Assembly (NCBI GenBank): GCA_965248835.1 | Contig: CBDFLJ010000002.1 | Span: 2,432,001-2,496,000, forward strand | Source: Alphaproteobacteria bacterium | Lineage (GTDB): Bacteria > Pseudomonadota > Alphaproteobacteria > MPNO01 | DNA length: 64,000 nucleotides | Direction: 5' to 3' | Part shown: positions 9,766 through 17,988 of the stretch, piece by piece | How positions within the stretch are numbered: the first letter of the stretch is position 1 | Layout: each line of letters begins with the position of its first letter | Notes under the pieces: model-generated | Told to the model about the DNA's origin: nothing | Databases searched by the model: none | What the model saw: the letters and a program-made list of their open reading frames with translations, nothing else | Program-made: the position numbers and the translations under genes

Positions 9766-11397
9766 ATGGCCGAGGGCTCGGTGAAATACGACTACGTGAT
9801 CGTCGGCGCCGGCTCGGCCGGCTGCGTGCTCGCCAACCGGCTGAGCGCCAGCGGCGCGAGCGTCCTGGTGCTCGAGGCCGGCGGACCCGACAAGAGCTGG
9901 CTGATCCATGTCCCGCTCGGCGTCGGCAAGGTCTGGCATTCGCCGGACTTCAACTGGTCATACACCTCCGATCCCGAGCCCAATCTCGACGGCAGGGAGA
10001 TATTCCATCCGCGCGGCAAGGTCCTCGGCGGATCGTCCTCGATCAACATGATGGCCTATGTCCGCGGTCACCGCGGCGACTTCGATCGCTGGCGCCAGAA
10101 GGGGCTTGACGGCTGGTCCTACGCGGACGTGCTGCCCTATTTCCGCCGCGCGGAGAGCTTCGAGGACCCGACCAACCCGTTCCACGGCACCGACGGACCG
10201 CTAAGCATCGAGACCAGCAGGATCGACGACCCGCTGATCGACGCCTTTCTCGAAGCGGCGGTCACGGCGGGCTACGAGACGACCCCGGACTATAACGGCG
10301 CCAGGCAGGAGGGCTTTGCCAGGCTGCAGAGCAACATCAGGAACGGCAAGCGCTGCAGCGCCGCGGTGGCCTACCTCCATCCCGCGGTCGCCGGCGGCCG
10401 GGTGCGGGTGGAGACCGGCGCGCTGGCGACCGGTGTGGTGCTCGAGGGCGGCCGGGCCACCGGCGTGCGCTACATCAAGAACGGACGCGGCCAGACGGCA
10501 AGCGCGGGGACGGAAGTGATCCTCTCCGGCGGGGCGATCAACTCGCCCCAGATCCTGATGCTCTCGGGCATCGGGCCGGCCGGGCATCTGGCCGAGCACG
10601 GCATCGAGACCACGCTCGACCGCCAGGGCGTCGGCGGCAACCTGCAGGATCACCCGGCGATCGGAGCCGAGTACGGCTATGCCGTCCCCTCGCGCTTCCA
10701 CCGCACGCTGCGGCTCGACCGGCTGGCGTTCAACATGATCCGCGCCCATCTGTTCGGCACCGGCCCGGCGGCGGTCGCACCGTCAGCGGCGACCGCCTTC
10801 GTGCGCAGCCGGCCGGAGATCGAACTGCCCGACATCCAGCTCTTCTTCCGGCCGGCCTCCTACAATGCGCGGGAATGGTTCCCCGTCCTCATGCCGCCGA
10901 CACCGGAGATCTTCGCCTTCCGCGCCTGCCACCTGCGCCCCGAAAGCCGCGGGACGATCCGGCTCCGCTCGGCCGACCCGACGGCCAAGGTGCGCATCCG
11001 CAACGATTTCCTGTCGACCGAGACCGACCGGCGCGCGCTCAGGGACGCCGTCCGCCTGATTCGGACGCTCGCCTTCCAGCCGGCATTGGAGCCCTACCGA
11101 GGCCCGGAGTGCCTCCCCGGCGCCGCGGTCGAGACCGACGATCAGATCGATGAATTCGTGCGCCAGAACCTCAGCACGGTCTACCACCCGATCGGCACCT
11201 GCCGGATGGGGAACGACGAGGACTCGATCGTCGATCCGGAACTCCGGGTCCGAGGCATCGACAATTTGCGGGTGGTCGATGCCTCGGTGATGCCCGATCT
11301 CGTCGGCGGCAATATCAACGCGGTGGTGATCATGATCGCCGAGAAGGCCGCCGACGCCATCCTCGGCAACCCGCCGCTGCCCCGGGCCGAGGTCTGA
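9766..11397 (+). CDS. GMC family oxidoreductase (choline dehydrogenase-like)
   Basis: [33 protein letters not shown] and VVDAS motifs. Confidence 0.93.
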   Translation: MAEGSVKYDYVIVGAGSAGCVLANRLSASGASVLVLEAGGPDKSWLIHVPLGVGKVWHSPDFNWSYTSDPEPNLDGREIFHPRGKVLGGSSSINMMAYVRGHRGDFDRWRQKGLDGWSYADVLPYFRRAESFEDPTNPFHGTDGPLSIETSRIDDPLIDAFLEAAVTAGYETTPDYNGARQEGFARLQSNIRNGKRCSAAVAYLHPAVAGGRVRVETGALATGVVLEGGRATGVRYIKNGRGQTASAGTEVILSGGAINSPQILMLSGIGPAGHLAEHGIETTLDRQGVGGNLQDHPAIGAEYGYAVPSRFHRTLRLDRLAFNMIRAHLFGTGPAAVAPSAATAFVRSRPEIELPDIQLFFRPASYNAREWFPVLMPPTPEIFAFRACHLRPESRGTIRLRSADPTAKVRIRNDFLSTETDRRALRDAVRLIRTLAFQPALEPYRGPECLPGAAVETDDQIDEFVRQNLSTVYHPIGTCRMGNDEDSIVDPELRVRGIDNLRVVDASVMPDLVGGNINAVVIMIAEKAADAILGNPPLPRAEV

Positions 11398-11434
11398 GGC
11401 GGGCCGGACCGACCCGATCCGGTCGGAACTAACT

Positions 11435-12484
11435 CTATTCTATCGCCTTCATCTTCTCTGCGGCGGCTGCGCGGGTCTCCACCGCCGCTTTCTTGATGAG
11501 CTCGTACATCTCGCGGATCTCGGGGTCGCTGCCCAGGACCTTGTCGCCCAGCGGCCGGGCGCGGCGGAAGAACTCCTTGCGGTCGGCCTCGGACAGCTCG
11601 ATGACCGTTCCGCCCTCCTTGGTCCACTGCTTCTCCCAATGCCGGGTGATCTCGATCGCCACCTCGACGGTCCGATCGGTCAGATTCCGGCTTTCCTCCA
11701 ACACCGCGGCGCGCAGGTCCGCGGGCAGCTTCTGCAGGAATTTCAGATTGGTGAACGCGCCGACCGGGACGTAGCCGCCCTTGGTCTTGGTGAGATACTT
11801 GGCGACGGTGAAGAACTTGGAGGGCCCCATGACGATCACCGCGCTGCGCGCGCCATCGACAATCCGTTGCTGGATCGACGGGATGACCTGGGAATAGGGG
11901 ATCGGCACGCCTGCGGCGCCGAAGACCTTCATCAGCTCGACCTCGATGTTGGTGGCCAGCACCCGGAGCTTCTTGCCTTCCAAGTCCTTGAGCGTGCGGA
12001 TCGGATCGCGCGATGCGATCGCGCTCTCGCCGGCGGCCCAGATATAGGTCGCAACGAACCCGGCCTGCTCGCCGAGCCTGCTGAACTTGTCGCGCACCGT
12101 GGGGTGGTTCATCGTCAGATGCTGGTGCCAGTGCGATTCGAACATTCCCGGCGCGTCCGGTGCGGCAAAGGCCCGGTTCACGCCCTGGAAGAACCCGGGC
12201 GGGGTGTAGAACATCTCCTGGGTGCCGAGCTGCAGACCCTCGAGCTGACGCGGGATGGTGCCGAGCTGGGCGGCGGGAAAGATGCTGACCTTGATGCGGC
12301 CGTTGGTGCGCTTCTCCAAGGCTTCCTTGAGCCATTTCGAGGAAACGTGGTTGGAGTCGTTGATCGTCACGAAGCCGATCTTCAACGCGTAGGTCTTCTC
12401 CGATGCGGCCGCACCGGCGGCACAGGCCATCACGCACGCAGCGGCAAGCGAAGCACCGATACCAAGGCGTTTATCCTTCATCAT
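11435..12484 (-). CDS. dctP: TRAP transporter substrate-binding protein (orphan)
   Basis: Signal peptide; FPAAQLG, DLEGKKLRV and GAAGVPIP motifs; GGAGG RBS. Confidence 0.88.
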   Translation of the reverse strand: MMKDKRLGIGASLAAACVMACAAGAAASEKTYALKIGFVTINDSNHVSSKWLKEALEKRTNGRIKVSIFPAAQLGTIPRQLEGLQLGTQEMFYTPPGFFQGVNRAFAAPDAPGMFESHWHQHLTMNHPTVRDKFSRLGEQAGFVATYIWAAGESAIASRDPIRTLKDLEGKKLRVLATNIEVELMKVFGAAGVPIPYSQVIPSIQQRIVDGARSAVIVMGPSKFFTVAKYLTKTKGGYVPVGAFTNLKFLQKLPADLRAAVLEESRNLTDRTVEVAIEITRHWEKQWTKEGGTVIELSEADRKEFFRRARPLGDKVLGSDPEIREMYELIKKAAVETRAAAAEKMKAIE

Positions 12485-12513
12485 CGAACTGCCTCCTGAT
12501 TTGCCGATCCCGA

Positions 12514-12880
12514 TCATCGGCCACCCGCAGAGCCTAATGATGATCCCGGCCTCGAATCAATAGGCTGACCGCGCGCCTGCACAACCACCGAGACCGACAT
12601 ATCGGTCGAGCAGGTGCCGGCGACGTTGAGGTGAATGTCCGGGAGGTCGGCGGGTAGGTGTGCGAGGCGTTCCTTGATCTCGTCCTGTTCCGCTTCCAGC
12701 TCGCGGAGCCGGTCCATCATGCCTCGGACTTAGCGGCCGTCACGATCGCCGCGATGATCCCTTGATCTTCTTCTCGACGCAGGCAAGCTCCCTGCGATCC
12801 GTTTCCCCGGAGGAACGCCACTCGCGGTTGAGCCGGTGGATCTCCTCCGCATAGCCGCGTATCACCTCGGCGGCGGCCTC
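12514..12880 (-). pseudogene. Large serine recombinase C-terminal remnant (frameshifted, internally deleted)
   Basis: EAAAEVIRGYAEEIHRLNREWRSSGETDRRELACVEKKI / GIIAAI / MMDRLRELEAEQDEIKERLAHLPADLPDIHLNVAG..MSVSVV across frame changes; resembles the coiled-coil tail of alphaproteobacterial recombinases. Confidence 0.75.
12582..12600 (+). repeat. Direct repeat, left copy (att-like arm)
   Basis: CAACCACCGAGACCGACAT; 18/19 identical to 15180-15198. Confidence 0.85.
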
Positions 12881-12925
12881 GCTCCTGGATAGTTGCGACG
12901 CCATGTGACGCGGCGAAAATTCCTG

Positions 12926-13333
12926 CTATGCGCCCCCATGCAGCGTGATCGCCAAAGGATGATCGACAAGCCGGCGGTCGGCGGTGAGAAGTTTGAGACC
13001 TTCTTCCTGAGCCTGAACGAGGAGGAGTTCGTCGAACGGATCCTTGTGATCCAGTGGCATCTCGAGCGCCCGCGCGGCGTGACCTGCGGTCATCGGCAGG
13101 AAAGTCACGTCCTGCCCTTCCAGGACGGCGATCACGTCATTCGGATCGAAGGGGCTCTTTCGCTTGCCCGAAGGACGGCGGGCGCGATGTTTCAGCCGCA
13201 TCTCCCAGATCGACACGGCGCTTACATGGAGCCGCGCCTCGCGCCCGGCGAAGAACCGGCGCTCGGCATCGAAGAGTTTTCCCGGCGCCTCCATAAGGTC
13301 GTAGAGATAGGACGTATCGAGTAGAACACGCAC
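12926..13333 (-). CDS. vapC: PIN-domain toxin (VapC family)
   Basis: VLLDT, VSAVSIWE, HKDPFD and LLTAD motifs. Confidence 0.9.
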   Translation of the reverse strand: MRVLLDTSYLYDLMEAPGKLFDAERRFFAGREARLHVSAVSIWEMRLKHRARRPSGKRKSPFDPNDVIAVLEGQDVTFLPMTAGHAARALEMPLDHKDPFDELLLVQAQEEGLKLLTADRRLVDHPLAITLHGGA

Positions 13334-13344
13334 CACATGCCCGC

Positions 13345-13605
13345 CTATTCGTCGTCGAGCCCGAGCACATGCCGGCTGAAGGCGGGATCGTCGAATTCCT
13401 CCGGCCACCTCTCCCTGTCCCCTTCGATGCCGAGGCGCCGACGCGTCGCTTCCAGCTTGTCGAAGTCGATCCCGCCGCGCCTGTCGCAGCGCACGAGTTC
13501 GACGGCCGGTTGGCCGTGTTTCGTGATGATAACGCGCTCGCCATTCCGCGCGGCGGCGACGAGTTCGGAGAGGCGCGCTTTCGCCTCGCGCAAGGCAAGT
13601 TCCAT
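13345..13605 (-). CDS. Phd/YefM family antitoxin
   Basis: EAKARLSELV...GERVIITKHGQP; directly upstream of the PIN toxin; GGAG RBS. Confidence 0.9.
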   Translation of the reverse strand: MELALREAKARLSELVAAARNGERVIITKHGQPAVELVRCDRRGGIDFDKLEATRRRLGIEGDRERWPEEFDDPAFSRHVLGLDDE

Positions 13606-13647
13606 GACGGACCGCTCCTGAAGGACGTTTCGTTTGCGCACTATGCG

Positions 13648-14109
13648 TCAATGCACATCCCAATTCAAGACCACATCGTGACCACAATATTCGACCGCCG
13701 TTTGTCGGCCCTGGCGGACGCGTGTCGCCAATTGACGGTGCTTGCGCATGGCCTTAGGTGATGAACAAGGCTGTCTTATCCGTAGTTCGGCACGGTTGGG
13801 GGCCGGGTTCTCTATTTTGCCCTGCTCTTCCGCCCAGGCCTGATAGGCGAGGTAGAACAAGTCTTCATAGTTGGCCTGCCTCTCGGTTTTTGTCGAATGA
13901 TATCGTTCCGCTTCCACATGAATGCGTCGTGCCATGCGATTGACGAGCAGAGATTCCTCGCCCGACGGTTCGGCGCCGTCAACGATGTAACTCGAATCGG
14001 TATGTCTCCGGACTCCATCGCCGGACAAAACCAAGTCGGTCAGACATCGGGTCGACGGAAATCCGGCCGGCAACGACGAACCGGCCCCCAACAAGATCGC
14101 GGTTTTCAT
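13648..14109 (-). pseudogene. Truncated SIR2-like domain protein
   Basis: N-terminal AILLGAGSSLPAGFP and NYEDL motifs; only about 100 plausible residues; no downstream TxNYD/HG motifs. Confidence 0.6.
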
Positions 14110-14131
14110 GCGCGGGATCTGTTGCTGCCGC

Positions 14132-14506
14132 TCAGCCGGCAACCGCTCCTGGATCGACCTTGATAAGCGATTCCGCCGGGATGCCCAGCCCCCGGTGCAA
14201 CCGCCAGATCATCTTCAGGCTCAGCGGGCGCCTCCGGTTGAGTATTTCATAAACACGGCTGCGGCTGCCGATATAGGGCACCAGATCCTTAGGCGCCAGC
14301 GCGTTCTGCTCCATGTGGTAGCGGATCGCGGCGACCGGGTCCGGCAGGTCGAGCGGATAGTGTCTGGCCTCCCAGGCCTCGACGAGCGTGACCAGGACAT
14401 CGAGACGGTCGCCCTCCGGCGTGTTGCGCTTTGCCGTCATCAGGTCCTCGATCTCCTTCAACGCGCGTTGATGATCCCGTTTGGTCTTGATCGGTGCAAT
14501 GTCCAT
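14132..14506 (-). CDS. higA: HigA antitoxin (HTH)
   Basis: MDIAPIKT..., DRLDVLVTLVEAWE..HYP and GSRSRVYEILNRRRPLSL motifs. Confidence 0.92.
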   Translation of the reverse strand: MDIAPIKTKRDHQRALKEIEDLMTAKRNTPEGDRLDVLVTLVEAWEARHYPLDLPDPVAAIRYHMEQNALAPKDLVPYIGSRSRVYEILNRRRPLSLKMIWRLHRGLGIPAESLIKVDPGAVAG

Positions 14507-14516
14507 GGCTCGTTCC

Positions 14517-14819
14517 TCAAATCGTCTGGGCATCGATGGCGTCGTACATAAGGTGGCTGCCGATGAACCGGATGTAGACGACGCGGTAGGGATAGTTGAT
14601 CCACACCACGATGCGGTACTTGTTGCCGGCGATGTTGAACACCGCCCGGCCGTCCTTGAGGATGCCGGCGCTGCGGATGTCCCGTTTGACATCGGCCGGG
14701 CTTGTCCAGTCGGCCGCCTTGACCTGCCGATACCATGACATCACCGGCTCGCTGGCATCCGCGTGAGCGGGCTCGGCGTCGATGAACCGCTTCAGCGTCG
14801 CCAGAGCGATGATCCTCAT
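14517..14819 (-). CDS. higB: HigB toxin
   Basis: MRIIA, W..PADVK, VFNIAGNKYR and YIRFIGSH..YD motifs; toxin precedes antitoxin. Confidence 0.92.
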   Translation of the reverse strand: MRIIALATLKRFIDAEPAHADASEPVMSWYRQVKAADWTSPADVKRDIRSAGILKDGRAVFNIAGNKYRIVVWINYPYRVVYIRFIGSHLMYDAIDAQTI

Positions 14820-14836
14820 GGCGAAAACAATAATAT

Positions 14837-14879
14837 GGTCCCATATCGGGATCAAGATCGAATCTCCCGATTTGGGACC
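14837..14879. promoter_or_regulatory. Paired inverted operator sites upstream of higBA
   Basis: GGTCCCATATCGGGA (14837-14851) and TCCCGATTTGGGACC (14865-14879), 14/15 inverted match; each is itself TCCC-N5-GGGA. Confidence 0.65.
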
Positions 14880-14974
14880 TAAGGCACCATGCGTGGGACT
14901 GGCAAACAACCCTATTGCTTGATCGGACACGATCACCGTCGCCTCCGGGCAGTGGTCAAGCGCAAGTCCTCCAT

Positions 14975-15118
14975 AGAAACGGCGAGCCCCCCGGCGCCCT
15001 TGCCCACCGAGGCGCTCGCGGCCATATGCGCGGGGTCGTTCCTGGCGTCGTAGCCGTCCCGCTCGAAATAGCTGACGCCCCGGGCCGGCGAGGCGATCTT
15101 GCCGATCGAGGCGGCCAG
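14975..15118 (-). pseudogene. MOBF (TrwC-type) relaxase N-terminal remnant
   Basis: Manual translation LAASIGKIASPARGVSYFERDGYDARNDPAHMAASASVGKGAGGLAVS; matches the pattern M-x-x-S...Y...DGYY...W-x-G-K-G-A with the start, second Tyr and Trp mutated. Confidence 0.75.
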
Positions 15119-15130
15119 CGTCGCGCCTAA

Positions 15131-15199
15131 TCAGATCGCGGTTACAAGCAAATGTCGGTCGCGGCCATTACGAGCCCCGCAACCATCGAGACCGACATT
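15131..15199 (-). other. attP-like imperfect palindrome overlapping a recombinase C-terminal tail
   Basis: AATGTCGGTC (15151-15160) ... GACCGACATT (15190-15199), 16/22 symmetric; reads MSVSMVAG/ARNGRDRHLLVTAI* with a 1-nt frameshift. Confidence 0.6.
15180..15198 (+). repeat. Direct repeat, right copy
   Basis: CAACCATCGAGACCGACAT. Confidence 0.85.
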
Positions 15200-15301
15200 C
15201 CGGACGAGGGCGCGCGACCCGCCGTTCGCGCGCGGTTCGCCAAAATGCCGTCGCTGCGCTAGAGATAGGTCCTGGCATTGCCCCATGGATGGGACCGGAT
15301 C

Positions 15302-16345
15302 ATGAAAGTCGGGCTTTTCGATCACCTGGAGCGGTCGGGCGACCGGCCCCTGGCGACCCAGTTCGACGAGCGGCTGGAGTTCGCTGCCGCCGCCGACCAG
15401 GCGGGGCTCTATTGCCTGCACGTAGCCGAGCATCACTCCTCGCCGCTCAACATGGTGCCGGCGCCGGGCGTCTACCTGGCCGCGGTCGCGCGCGCGACCC
15501 GGCGGATCCGGCTGGGGCCGCTGGTCTATCTGCTGACGCTGTATACCCCGCTCAAGCTGGCCGAGGAGGTCTGCATGCTCGACCACCTGAGCCGAGGCCG
15601 GCTCGAGATCGGCGTCGGGCGCGGCGTCTCGCCGTTCGAGCTCAATTACCACCACGTCGATCATGCCGAGTCGCGGGAGATCTTCTTCGATGCCTATGAC
15701 TGCCTGAAGGCCGCGCTCGGCGAGGACCGGTTCAGCTATCACGGCACGCATTTCGACTACGACGACGTACCGATGCCGTTGCGCCCGCTGCAGACGCCCC
15801 ATCCGCCGTTCTGGTACGGCTCGTCGAACACCATCGGGGCGACCTGGGCGGGCGAGCAGGGGATGCACTTCGTCGCCAACGGCCCGGTCTCGCTCGCCAA
15901 GCCCAACATCGAAGCGTTCCGCGAGGCGTTGGCGGCGCGTGGCGGCGCGGCCCAGCCCAAGGCGGCCTTCCAGGGCGGCACCGCGATCGGCATGCTGCGC
16001 CACGTCGTGGTGGCGGAGACCGACGCCGACGCCCGCCGGATCGCCAAACCGGCGATGGACCATCACGCCGGAAGCCTGCACTGGCTGCGCAGGATGCATG
16101 GCGCGGATGCCTTGGCCGGCCGCCTCAACATGCCGCACGGCGAGACTTTCGAGCAATGGGAGGAGGCCAGGATGGTCATCGCGGGCTCGCCGGAGACCGT
16201 CCGCGCCGAACTCGAAGCCCAGATCGCCGAGACCGGCATCAACTACCTGGTCACCTACCTCTTCTTCGGCACCATGGCGCTGTCCGATGCCATGCGCTCT
16301 CTCGACCTGTTCTCCGAAGAAGTCATGCCGAAGCTCGGCGCGTGA
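15302..16345 (+). CDS. LLM-class flavin-dependent oxidoreductase
   Basis: AEHH, IRLG, LAEE..MLDHLSRGRLEIGVGRG and PLQTPHPP motifs. Confidence 0.92.
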   Translation: MKVGLFDHLERSGDRPLATQFDERLEFAAAADQAGLYCLHVAEHHSSPLNMVPAPGVYLAAVARATRRIRLGPLVYLLTLYTPLKLAEEVCMLDHLSRGRLEIGVGRGVSPFELNYHHVDHAESREIFFDAYDCLKAALGEDRFSYHGTHFDYDDVPMPLRPLQTPHPPFWYGSSNTIGATWAGEQGMHFVANGPVSLAKPNIEAFREALAARGGAAQPKAAFQGGTAIGMLRHVVVAETDADARRIAKPAMDHHAGSLHWLRRMHGADALAGRLNMPHGETFEQWEEARMVIAGSPETVRAELEAQIAETGINYLVTYLFFGTMALSDAMRSLDLFSEEVMPKLGA

Positions 16346-16455
16346 GAGGCCGGGTGCTGCAGACGGGCCTTGCCCCGCCCGCCCGGGGCGGACATGGTTG
16401 CGGGGTCAGGGACAAGGGGCGGCTGGTCGTGCAGCGCGCCCAAGGGAGGAATGCG

Positions 16456-17457
16456 ATGAGACGGATCGGAATCGGGATTGCCGCCGCGATGCTGGCGGCC
16501 GTAGGAGTCCAGGCAACCGGGGTTGCCGCAAAGGAGCTCAAGTTCGCGAGCTTCGTGCCGCCGCAATACATCCTGCACAAGCCGATCTTCCTGAAGCTCG
16601 GTGCGGATCTGGCCAAGGCGACCAACGGGAAGGTGACCATCAAGGTCTACGCCGCCGGTGCCCTGGGCAAGGGGCCGGTCGAGCAGTACCAACGTGCGGT
16701 CCGGCGGATCGCCGACATCGCATACGGGCTGCCGGGCTACACGTCCTCGCTGTTTCCCAAGACGCTTCTGATCGAGTTGCCCGGCGTGACCCGTGGCCAC
16801 CAGGATGCGACGCGGAAAATCTGGAAGGTGATGGATCGGCACTTGCGCGCCGAGTTCAAGCGGACGGTGCCGCTGGCCGTCTTCGTCACCCCGCCGGCCA
16901 TCTTCATGATGCGTGACAAGCCGGTGCGCGGACTGGCCGACCTCAAGGGGCTCAAGATCCGCGTCGCCTCGAGGTCCGCGGCCGCGGTGATCTCGGCCTA
17001 CGGCGCGACCCCGGTTCAGATGCCGGCGACCAAGGTCTACACCTCGATGAGCACGGGTGTCGTCGACGGCGCGCTGATGGGATCGGATTCGCTGCTGATC
17101 TTCAAGCTGATCGAGCCCACGAAATACATCACCACCGGGCTGCCGGAGATGCCGACGACGATCTTCATGGTGATGAACGAAGCGGCCTACAACGAGCTCG
17201 CGCCCGATGAGCGCAAGGCGCTCGACGGCCTGACCGGGCTCGACATCAGCCTGCGCTCGGCGCAGGGGCTTGCGAAGTTCGGCCAGATTGCGCTGTCGAA
17301 GTTCGCAAAGATCCCCGGCAAGACCACCGTCGCGCTGACCCCGGAGGCGCGCGCCGCGTTCGGCGCCCGCGCCCAGGCTGCGGTCGCCGGTCTGCTCAAG
17401 GAGCTCGACGGGCGCGGGCTGCCGGCAAGCCGGGTCGTCGATGCGATGAAGAACTGA
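16456..17457 (+). CDS. dctP: TRAP substrate-binding protein
   Basis: Signal peptide; DLKGLKIRV and GATPVQMP motifs; GGAGG RBS. Confidence 0.9.
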   Translation: MRRIGIGIAAAMLAAVGVQATGVAAKELKFASFVPPQYILHKPIFLKLGADLAKATNGKVTIKVYAAGALGKGPVEQYQRAVRRIADIAYGLPGYTSSLFPKTLLIELPGVTRGHQDATRKIWKVMDRHLRAEFKRTVPLAVFVTPPAIFMMRDKPVRGLADLKGLKIRVASRSAAAVISAYGATPVQMPATKVYTSMSTGVVDGALMGSDSLLIFKLIEPTKYITTGLPEMPTTIFMVMNEAAYNELAPDERKALDGLTGLDISLRSAQGLAKFGQIALSKFAKIPGKTTVALTPEARAAFGARAQAAVAGLLKELDGRGLPASRVVDAMKN

Positions 17458-17479
17458 CCGGCCGAGCGGGGCGGCGCGG

Positions 17480-17986
17480 ATGAAGCCGCTCGATGGGCTC
17501 TGCGCCGCCCTTGCCGTCCTGTCCGGCGCGATCCTGCTCTGCCTGATCGGGCTTACCTTCGTCGACGTGGTGATGCGCTATGTCTTCTCGGCCCCGATCC
17601 TCGGCGCCAAGGACCTGCTGCAGATGGGCATGGTCCTGGTCTTCGCCTTCGCCCTGCCGCTCACCTGGCGGATGGGAGGGCACATCGTGGTCGACCTGAT
17701 CCCGGACTATCCGCTCCGCGGCCTGACGGTCGGCCGTGACGTCGCCGTCCGGCTGATCGGGCTGTTCATCTTCGCGGTGCTCGCTTCGCAGGCGTGGCTG
17801 CGCGCCGATGACGCCGCGCTGTTCAACGAAGCCACCAACATGATCGAGGTGCCGTTCCGGCCCTTCTTCCAGGCGCTCGCCGTCGCGGCCGCGATCCAGG
17901 TGCTGGTCCTGTGCGTCGAGACGGCGTGGCTGATCGCCGGCCGGCCGGTGGCGCTGACGATCGCCTGGCTGCGCCCCGCCGACTAG
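17480..17986 (+). CDS. dctQ: TRAP small permease
   Basis: Four hydrophobic segments; DVVMRY and HIVVDL motifs. Confidence 0.88.
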   Translation: MKPLDGLCAALAVLSGAILLCLIGLTFVDVVMRYVFSAPILGAKDLLQMGMVLVFAFALPLTWRMGGHIVVDLIPDYPLRGLTVGRDVAVRLIGLFIFAVLASQAWLRADDAALFNEATNMIEVPFRPFFQALAVAAAIQVLVLCVETAWLIAGRPVALTIAWLRPAD

Positions 17987-17988
17987 GG

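Larger units (their letters stand above)
12514..15199. mobile_element. Degenerate integrative element / toxin-antitoxin island
   Basis: Recombinase and relaxase fossils, two toxin-antitoxin pairs and a SIR2-like fragment, all on the minus strand; flanked by an 18/19-bp direct repeat; visibly more AT-rich in places. Confidence 0.75.

Noticed and set aside
15170-15186. CCCCGCAACCA resembling a tRNA 3' end
   Set aside because: No T-loop (GTTC) or cloverleaf upstream; treated as part of the att-like site, not a tRNA
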